This document shows, piece by piece, positions 54,251 through 64,000 of a stretch of 64,000 nt of DNA; position 1 is the stretch's first letter; each line of letters starts with the position of its first letter. A program made the position numbers and the translations under genes. The notes beneath the pieces were generated by a model. That model ran no database searches. It was not told the DNA's origin and was given only the letters and a program-made list of their open reading frames with translations. The stretch comes from Octopus vulgaris (Eukaryota): positions 80,166,001-80,230,000 of the forward strand of contig OX597824.1 in assembly GCA_951406725.2 (NCBI GenBank), read 5' to 3'.

Positions 54251-57200
54251 GTTTGACTTTTGCTTTATATTTGTACAAGTTGGCTCCAAGTCTCACCCAG
54301 AGACATCAAGAGACAACAGGTTGGAAGTTCACGTTGTTGTTATGCCTAGTGTGCCATATATTTGGTTGTTTTTTGTGTTGTACTAGTGGATGTCTAAAAA
54401 AAATGTTTGTTTTAAACCTTGAGATTACATAGAAAGTATTTTGCGTATGATATGAGCAGTTCCCATGAGCACTATCTTTTGAATTTCTGCCATTTTGGGG
54501 TTTCCTGGTATCTGAGTTAGGTAGCAATCAGCCCCTTTTGCTATCATTCCCAGGGCACCTATGACAACAGGTATTGTTTTAGTCTTCAGCTTCCACATTT
54601 TGCTGATTTCTATTTCAAGATCTTTATATTTGCTCAGTTTTTGGTAGGTCTTGACAGATACGTTTATATCGATTGGGACAGTCATATCAATGAGGAGGCA
54701 TGTTCTTTGTTTGAAGTCTTTCAATATGATGTCTGGCCTATTTGCATCTATCTTTCTGTCAGTTTGAATGGTGAAATTCCAGAGGAGTGAGATGTGGTCA
54801 TTTTCAAGCACTGGGGGTGGTTTGTGTTCCCACCAGTTTTTTTCATGGGGCAAATCCAGGCTTTTGCAGATTACCCAGTGAATATATTGTGCAGCTCTAT
54901 CATGCCTGTTGAGATACTCTGTAGGCGCTAGAAGACTGTACTTGGAGACCACATGATCAATGGTTTCATTTTGTTGCTGACATACACGACATGTTGGGCT
55001 ACTGCCGATCTTTAATATGTTGGCCTGGTTGTTTCTTGCTGGTAGGCATTGATCTTGAGCTGCTATGATAAACCCCTCTGTTTCAGATTTTAAGCCAGAG
55101 GCCATTAGCCATTGATGGGTCAGGGCTTTGCCAACATCTGCATTATTCGCTCTCTTTGGATATTTGCCATAGAGAGGTTTTTCTTGCCATTTATCATTCA
55201 GAATATCTAAGGCCGCAGATTTAGCACGGGTTTTCATGCGCTTAGCTTTTCTGTGCCTGTTTCTTGTATGTTTATCTCTAATTCCGAAATTTGTTGTATT
55301 CGGAATTCACTTAGATATTCCTTTGCCTGTTTTGTTACTGAGTATGATGCTTTCTTTTTTTCATGTTTTGAGACAAGTTTTAACATCCAGTCCTCAGAGT
55401 TTTTCAGGTAGGTGTCTAGGCCAATTGTAGCAATCTTCATTGTTATTGCCAGTTGTAAAAGTCCGCGGCCTCCCTCTTTTCTTGGCAGATAAAGTCGTTC
55501 TGTATCTGCCTTAGGGTGGTGCATTCTATGCATTGTCAACAGTTTTCGTATTTTTCAGTCAAGATTACATATTTCAGTAATTGAACAGTTAACGATATTG
55601 AAACTGTAAGTCACGACTGGTATGGCTAATGCATTGATCGCTTCGATCCTGTTTCTCGCATTCAGCTCTGTCTTGAGTATTGCTCTTACTCTGCGATAAC
55701 ATTCTCTCCTGATCCTTTCCTTCATCTCTGAATGCCTTATTCCGTCTCCTTCAATTACCCCTAGATACTTGTAGTTCTCCGCTGGGTCTAATTCTTTTAT
55801 GACATTCTGCTGGTGAAGGTTAACGTTAGATGTTTCTGTCATTTTTCCTTTGATAAAGGTAGCTTTTGCACACTTATCGAGGCCAAATTGCATTCTGATT
55901 TTATCACAGAATTGTTTGACAATCGCTAGTAAGCCCTTGAGTTGTTGGTCATTTTTTGCAAAGAGCTTTAAACCATCCATGTAAATGAGATGATTTATAT
56001 TTTTATCAAACATTTTATATCCGTACTGCGCGTCATTGAGCAGTTTTGAGAGAGGTATTAAGGCTAAACAGAAGAGGAGTGGTAAAGTGAGTCACCCTGG
56101 AAAATGCCACATGACATTTTTACATCACCAGCATTTAGAGATTCATTGTCACTGTTCAAAGTTAGTGTGGTTCTCCATGATCTCATACTTACAGACAAAA
56201 AGTTTCGCAGAGTAGGTGCTATCTTATACATTTCTAGGCATTTCTTAATCCAGCTATGTAGTAGGCTATCAAAAGCCTTTTTATAGTCTATCCAGGCTAT
56301 TGATAAGTTTTTGTGTCGTTTGTGACAATCTTCTAAGATCATCTTATTAATGAGTAGTTGATCTTTACAACCGTAGGATCCACGTTTACATCCTTTCTGT
56401 TCATTAGGGAATATGCTGCTGTCTGTCAAAAAACTATAGGTATATTCCGTCAGGACAGATGTTAGTGTTTTATAAACAGTTGTTAAGCAGGTTATGGGTC
56501 TATAGTTTTTTGGTTCATTTGTTTCTTCACTTTTTGGAAGCAGGAATGTTAACCCATTAACTAGCCAAGGAGGCATCCTACTAGGGTATTGCAAAACATC
56601 ATTGTAAAGTTCTGTTAGCAGTTCATGGCTCTCTGGGAAGAAATTCAACCAGAAGTTAGGGATTTTATCCTTTCCTGGAGACTTCCATTTGTTTGACCTC
56701 CTGAGAGCAGATCTTATATCTTCTACCTTGACACCCTCCCACTTTTGCACTTCTAAGGAGTCCAGTTCTTTAGATATTCTATCAATCCAGGGGCCCTTTT
56801 CGCTGTGTATTTTTTCTTCTGCCCAAATATTATTTCCAAATCCCTGCACTTCTTCTTTGTTGGTACAGACTTTACAGTAACTGCTGTTTTTCCTATCTTC
56901 CTGTAAAAAGTTTTGGGGTTATTTTTGAACATGTTGTTGTCCCTGAAGAATCTAACACGCTTTTCATACCTCGCTATGCGGGCAGCTTTAGCAGATACCT
57001 TTTGCTTGATGGTTTCTATGGTGGCATCAATATCAAGTATAGTTTTCATATTATATTTTTTCATTAGTTTTTGAGTTTTTGTAGGTTTGGTAGTCTTATG
57101 AACCTTAAGGTTTTTCAAATATTCAGTGTCAGATCTAAATAGTTTAATTTGTTGTTGCAAACGCTCTTGCCAAGAAGGCTTTTTGTGGAAATGTTGCCGC

Positions 57201-58326
57201 TTTCTAATCTTTTCACCACATTGGATCGTTGAGATTTTCGCGGATGCATAGTATAGGTGGTTGAGATCTGTGATATCAACATCATTAGCTGAAATTATAT
57301 CCTTAAGTGCAAGCCAGATTTTACCAATTATTTTCATGTTTTGGTTAGAGTTGCGGATTTTAGGGATTGTATCACGTTCATCCATACTGGTTTCTTTAAT
57401 TTTCAGCCATTCAATCATGATTTGACTTTTTAGCTCATGTAGTTCTTTCGGGTCAATATTTGTGTGACTTTCTTCATCTATTTGATGTTCATCTCTCTTA
57501 GTGTTTATGTTTGGTTCAGGGAGTATTTCACTTTGCCTATCACTTATACTAATTCTTTCAATCCTTACTTCGTTTTTATCAGCTCTGGGCTGGTCTATAA
57601 TTATTTCCTCTGTATTATCTTCTTTAGTTGCAGCTTCGTTCATTCTATCCGTTACTGCTTGTCTAATTTGGTCAATCTCTACTTCAGTCAGCAATTTTTT
57701 TTATAATGTTTCTTCTGACGTTGGCAAGTTTGTTACTGTCTACGTAGGGTCTTGCTTCAGGGTGTTTCTGTCTCCAGTTTATGTAGGTTTGTATTGTGTT
57801 CGATTTATCTGTTGGGAAATATATGGCATGGTAGAAGGCCGCAAGAACTTCTTTAATATCTTCCCTAGTCCATTTTTCCTTCTTTTTCTTTTGAGTGTTT
57901 GGTGACGACCATGGATGGCCATCTGTTGGAATATTCCAGTTGTGGGGTACGTCCAGCTCCTGTGTGTCGGGAAGATTTGATCCAGTAGCTGATTTTTCAA
58001 TCAGACTTTGGTTCAATTTTCGGGTACGTGGTCTTTTGTAATCCGCTCGATGACCATCGCGGTTTGTAGTTTGTTTTGTTGACGTTGAAGCATGACGAGC
58101 TGCGACTCTTACATTAAGAGACGGATCTGTCATTTTAGGATTCTCTGCACGTAAACATTGTTCGTAGCGCAGCTTCTTAAGGCTAGCAGATCTGTATTCG
58201 TCTGTATTTTTTTTGTTGATAAATTTATCTCCGAGCATAGTTTTCCCTTTTTTTTAAAAACTTATGAAAGGTTCACTCTGCCTGTATTAGTTCGAAAAAA
58301 TGAGAATAAAATACGAAAAAAATGTA

Positions 58327-58328
<2 letters not shown>
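54249..58328 (-). mobile_element. Full-length inactivated R4/Dong-type non-LTR retrotransposon (RT, zinc knuckle, RLE)
   Basis: Six overlapping ORF pieces form one ORF: KSPGKD, NYRPITCL, WIDYKKAFDS, GIFQGDSL, HLIYMDG, YKYLG, GGRGL, ETEGFIIAAQDQ, CRVC..ETIDH, RPDII..IDMTVP..KLSKY. (TAA)n lies at both ends. Confidence 0.9.
54425..58238 (-). pseudogene. Frameshifted RT-endonuclease ORF of the Dong/R4 element
   Basis: Five frame breaks; catalytic YMDD reads YMDG; the last Cys of the CCHC knuckle reads Tyr (HVVSKY vs HIISSC in the copy at 60934). Confidence 0.85.
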
Positions 58329-58399
<71 letters not shown>

Positions 58400-58525
58400 G
58401 TTGTTGTTGTTATTATTATCATCATCATCATCATCATCATCATTATTACTATTATTATTATTGTTGTTGTTGTTGTTGTTGTTGTTATTATTATTATTAT
58501 TATAATTATCATCATCATCATCATT

Positions 58526-58941
58526 GCCTTTGCACAGCTTCTGACGCTGGAGATGTACTAGGAGGTGTCAGCTGTTCACTACCAGTGACCTAAGGTAACA
58601 TCTCTTATTTTTCTAGCACCTTCCGGAGCATTCGAGCAGTTCCAAGCAGTGCTGTTTTCTGTAAGTGCTCCACCCTTATTGTAGCCCCTGTTTGTTTCAC
58701 GTACTTTTCGAGATTTTTGCTCACTGTTCCCAAGGCTCCCATAATTATTGGCACTACAGCTTCCTTTTCCATCGCCCGCAACTGCTTAATTTCGCAAGCT
58801 AATCTGTCATGTCTCTCGACTTTTCTTTCTTCCTTATCGCATACCTTGTTGTCAGCTGTGCATGCTATATCTATGATCCAGCATAGTTTGTTTTCTTTCT
58901 CAATTAAGACTATGTCCGGCTTCCTATTCTCTATCTCATGG
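58526..58941 (-). mobile_element. 5'-truncated Dong/R4 copy, different subfamily
   Basis: RKPDIVLIEKENKLCWIIDIAC...VPIIMGALG...LQKTALLGTARMLRKVL plus a short 3' UTR, between TAA-type tracts. Confidence 0.85.
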
Positions 58942-59048
58942 TGATAATAATCATGACAATAATAATAATGATAATAATAAAATTTATTATTGTTATTATT
59001 ATTATTATTGTTATTATTATTATTATCATTATCATTGTTATTATTATT

Positions 59049-59111
<63 letters not shown>

Positions 59112-59649
59112 TGATAATGAGGATATATGATAATAGACCGGTATCAACGAAATCGAGAAAATGTATCAATCATATCAGGACCCAACTAGAGAGATAAAGT
59201 AGATGTGGAAGATTAAGATGACAATGGTCATATTTGTATACGGTACAACATTCGAAATGATTCGTAAATAGTTGCTGGATATTGGAATTGAGATTCTCAT
59301 TGTCGAACTGAGAAAAAAGAGCAATGCGGTATTCTATAAAAATCCAATGAAAGTGTTTTTAGATTTGAGAAAATTGTTATCACTAAATCTCAAAACAACG
59401 TCCTTGATAACTAAAATAACAAACAACAATGGCCGTGATACCGATCAGTCTGATATTGCGGAAAGTCAAAATAGCTTACGATTTGGCGAAAGGATACGGT
59501 CAGATAAATCATCTCCTTATTATGGATGATATAAAGATTTAATGGAAAAATGAAAAACAACTTGAAAGTCTTATACATAATGTCCGCATTTTCTCAAATG
59601 ATGTAGGTATGGAATTTAGGGCAGAAAAGTGCGCCATGTTGAAATGAAA

Positions 59650-59933
59650 TTTTTACATCACCAGCATTTAGAGATTCATTGTCACTGCTCAAAGTTAGTG
59701 TGGTTCTCCATGATTTCATACTTACAGACAAAAAGTTTCGCAGAGTCGGTGCTATCTTATACATTTCTAGGCATTTCTTAATCCAGCTTTGTGGTAGGCT
59801 ATCAAAAGCCTTTTTATTGTCTATCCAGGCTATTGATAAGTTTTTGTGTCGTTTGTGACAATCTTCTAAGATCATCTTATTGATGAGTAATTGATCTTTA
59901 CAACCGTAGGATCCACGTTTACTTCCTTTCTGT
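59650..59933 (-). mobile_element. Internal RT fragment of the young Dong/R4 family
   Basis: Nearly identical to 56116-56401 ([18 protein letters not shown]...AFDSLP). Confidence 0.9.
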
Positions 59934-60172
59934 TTGAAGGAAGTTTGGGAATTGAAATGCCAAATGGACAAACAATGAAAGCGATTGAGAAAGGACAGTG
60001 GTGTATGTATTTGGGGATACTGGAAGCAGATGAAATAAAACACAAAAGAAATGATGAAACAAATTACCAATAGATAGTATACAAGGAGAGTGATAAAATC
60101 ATTGCAGTCAAAGCTGAATTAAAAAAAAAAACCTTATTGAAGCTATATATGTAAGAGCTATATATATAAGAA

Positions 60173-60392
60173 AGGTGGTGAGCTGGCAGAAACGTTAGCA
60201 TGCCGGGCGAAATGCGTAGCCGTATTTCGTCTGCCGTTACGTTCTGGGTTCAAATTCCGCCGAGGTCGACTTTGCCTTTCATCCTTTCAGGGTCGATAAA
60301 TTAAGTACCAGTTACGCACTGGGGTCGATATAATCGACTTAATCCGTTTGTTTGTCCTCTCTGTGTTTAGCCCCTTATGGGTAGTAAAGAAA
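60173..60392 (+). mobile_element. SINE family B
   Basis: Collinear with 3388-3620; TATATATGTAAGAGC occurs on both flanks. Confidence 0.9.
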
Positions 60393-60861
60393 TATATATA
60401 TGTAAGAGCAGTACTCCTAATCAGATACGGAGTTAGAACTGTAGACCGAACCATAAACGAAATACGGAAACATGAGAGGAAAACTAGAAAGTTGTTGACA
60501 GTGTATGGGGCTCACCATCCGAAAACTGATATCAACCGGCTGTGCCTGAAGAGAGACCAGGGTGGAAGAGGCTTAACTAACCGTGGAGGAGTGTGTAAAG
60601 ATGGAAAGAAAAAGCTAACTAGAAATATTTAAAGAATGGCACAGAGAAACTACTAAAGACAGTGAATAAAGAACAGGTGTGAAATAAGAGAAAAAGGACA
60701 AGAATGATATTCAAAGAGAGCGCATTAGACAGATTGAAAAGAAAATTCTGCGTGGTCAGTTTTGAAGAGCCACTGAAGGTGTATGCGGAACAAAATCCTG
60801 GGCTTCGTTTAAAAAAAAGGTAATTAAAAAATAAAAATCACGAAACAGAGCGCTTAACTGT

Positions 60862-60933
<72 letters not shown>

Positions 60934-60935
<2 letters not shown>

Positions 60936-61749
60936 GAAATCCAAACTAAAAATAGAACAGCAACGAACCATGATAAAACGATGGCAAGAAAAGCCCCTTC
61001 ATGGTAAATACTGGACTAAACTAAACGCAAAAGAAATAGACAAAGAAAAATCCCAGCAATGGTTGAGAAGCTCAGGACTCAAAGCAGAAACAGAGGGATT
61101 TTTAATTGCAGCACAAGACCAAAGCCTCCCCACCAGAAATTACCAAAGACATGTAATGAAAAGAAATATTACAAGTAACTGCAGAATATGTGGAGATGGA
61201 CAAGAAACAATAAATCATATTATCTCTAGCTGCCCAGTCCTTGCTAAGAAGGAATATATTCACAGACATGACAGAGTTGGAACCTACATACATTGGAAGC
61301 TATGCCAACATTATGGAATAACAACAGAAAAAAGATGGTATAGGCACACACCAGAAAAGGTCACAGAAAACGACAAAGCAACCATACTCTGGGATATGCC
61401 GATACACACAGATAGAGAAATTAAGGCTAACAGACCAGATATAGTTGTCAGAGATCATGAAGGAAAAAAATGCTTTCTAATTGATGTATCAATACCGGCA
61501 GATGACAACGTGTCTCTAAAAGAAATGGAGAAACTCTCAAAATACAAAGACCTGGAAATAGAGGTAACTAGAATGTGGAATCTGAAAACAGAAACAATTC
61601 CTATCATAGTAGGTGCATTAGGCATGATAAAAAAATATTCAGACAAATACATAACAAAAACACCAGGACTTACAAACACATATAACATACAGAAAATTGC
61701 ACTACTAGGCACTGCACACATCCTACGCAGAACACTTTCCATACAATAA
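60934..61749 (+). CDS. Open 271-aa C-terminal ORF (zinc knuckle plus RLE) of a 5'-truncated Dong/R4 copy; element extends to 61846
   Basis: CRICGDGQETINHIISSC and RPDIVV..FLIDVSIP..KLSKY; no stops; (AAT)n on both sides. Confidence 0.85.
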
Positions 61750-61843
61750 CCATCAGAGCATCACAACAAATCACAGCACATACCCAAGGAACACAGAGCT
61801 GCGCTCGGTAGTGAAGTGAAAGCACGCTATAAAAATAGAACTA

Positions 61844-61919
<76 letters not shown>

Positions 61920-61942
61920 GTAATAATAATGATAATAATAGC

Positions 61943-61991
<49 letters not shown>

Positions 61992-61993
61992 GC

Positions 61994-62061
<68 letters not shown>

Positions 62062-62066
62062 TAATA

Positions 62067-62144
<78 letters not shown>

Positions 62145-62159
62145 GTAATAATAATAATA

Positions 62160-62201
<42 letters not shown>

Positions 62202-62333
62202 ATTATTATATTTATGGTTTCAAATTTTACCACAAGGGCAGCCATTTTGAAGGTGGAGATGAGTATTACATCGACCCCAGTGTTTCACTGGTACTTAATT
62301 TATCGACTCCGAATGGATGAAAGGCAAAGATAT

Positions 62334-62884
<551 letters not shown>

Positions 62885-62888
62885 TGTA

Positions 62889-62951
<63 letters not shown>

Positions 62952-63637
62952 TTTGCTTTAAATTTTGGCCATGGTCCACAATTTACATCGACACTAGTAC
63001 TTGACAGGTATTTATATTATCGATTCCCGTATTTATATTATCGATTCCTCGGCGAAATTCGAACTGGGAACGTAACATTGGAACAAATACTGCAAAACAT
63101 TTTTTACGACACTCTGAACACTTCTAACAGTCCTTTGCGCACATAACAAGAATAACAAGGAAGACATCAACGACGTCGACCATAAAAACAACAACAACAA
63201 CAACAACAGCAACACCAACAACAACAACAACAGCAACAATAATTTGAAGATAAATCGTCATTTTGTTTATTCGTGTGAGATTTATAGCAGTATGAAATCA
63301 GGTGATACTGAGAGCTACGCGAAGTGATTCTCTTAATGGCTTCAACCTCAACTTCGTTCCACCAGTTATCTAAACTGTTAGCTGCATTAATTGAGTCTAG
63401 CGTTACATTGTTGATTTCCGGTTTGGAGGAAACTAACTTTCCACCATTTTGATGGCATAGTACACGGAAGGTAAGCACGTGATCCCGTTAACACGGTTCG
63501 CGTAACGAAGCAAATTTTGCTTCGTCAATCAACTAAAGAATTATGCTAGGAATTGAGGGACAAAAGAACCCCACAAAATTTATGTGATATTTGAGAAATA
63601 TTTCGATGAAAGTAAAACAAAAGACGCTATAAAGTAA

Positions 63638-64000
63638 TCTCTCTATATATAAAGCTGAAGTTGTCTGTGTGGCAAGTTTGGTAGCCTTCAACTAACACTA
63701 TCTCCTCCGAGACCCTGCGGCACAAGTTGACCAAAATTGAGAGTATGATAGAAGAAGGCTTGCTCTTCCTTCCGTAGAAGACAAAAAAATTCAAATCAGA
63801 CCATGTTAACACCAAAATTTATTTACATCAAAAAGGTTCATCTTTTCTATGAAAATCCCTTTTTTTTAATGAGTTTTTGACTACCATGTCGCCATTTTTC
63901 GGTGTATTTCAACCAGAAAATTGTTCACTTAAAGAGAATAACAAACTACATAATGCAAAACTTTTACTTTTCAAAAATTCCAATTCTAAAGGGTCGAAAC
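63638..64000 (+). mobile_element. Possible Helitron 5' end
   Basis: A|TCTCTCTATATATAAAG start followed by GTCTGTGTG, a typical invertebrate Helitron terminus; the 3' end is outside the window. Confidence 0.5.

Larger units (their letters stand above)
59139..60865 (+). mobile_element. Old degenerate Dong/R4 sequence, interrupted
   Basis: [57 protein letters not shown] in broken frames; an endonuclease C-terminal remnant at 59139-59345. Confidence 0.75.

Noticed and set aside
63167-63478. 103-aa minus-strand ORF in unique sequence
   Set aside because: No recognisable family, a non-ATG start with an in-frame stop just upstream, and it runs into a microsatellite.

Overview
AT-rich, microsatellite-saturated eukaryotic intergenic or intronic DNA. 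The SINE families and repeat landscape look to me like a cephalopod (Octopus) genome; this is recognition, not a database result. No host protein-coding gene can be supported, and almost all listed ORFs are microsatellite read-through. One plausible minus-strand exon lies at 17760-17940. Recognisable content: (i) four tRNA-derived SINE families (CORE-like, Deu/Nin-like, CORE+V-like, and a fourth tRNA-headed family), several with target-site duplications (TSDs). (ii) A cluster at 53.3-61.9 kb of restriction-like-endonuclease (RLE) non-LTR retrotransposons of the R4/Dong type, mostly sitting in (TAA)n tracts, including one full-length but inactivated copy. (iii) A discrete ~570-nt non-coding element that also sits in (TAA)n, present in 7 copies or fragments. 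(iv) Mariner remnants, pogo/Tigger and hAT MITEs, a Helitron-like 5' end, and a long-TIR MITE with a (CCCTAA)n core. (v) At least six minimal type-I hammerhead ribozyme motifs from four unrelated non-coding Penelope-like families, associated with inverted partial duplications and long palindromes at (TA)n tracts. The best candidates for something undescribed are a TSD-flanked element joining a tRNA-like Pol III head to a hammerhead (25570-25972), an insertion whose inverted arm begins at the predicted ribozyme cleavage site (39241-39541), and the TAA-targeting non-coding element. All alignments were done by eye and boundaries are approximate to a few bases.
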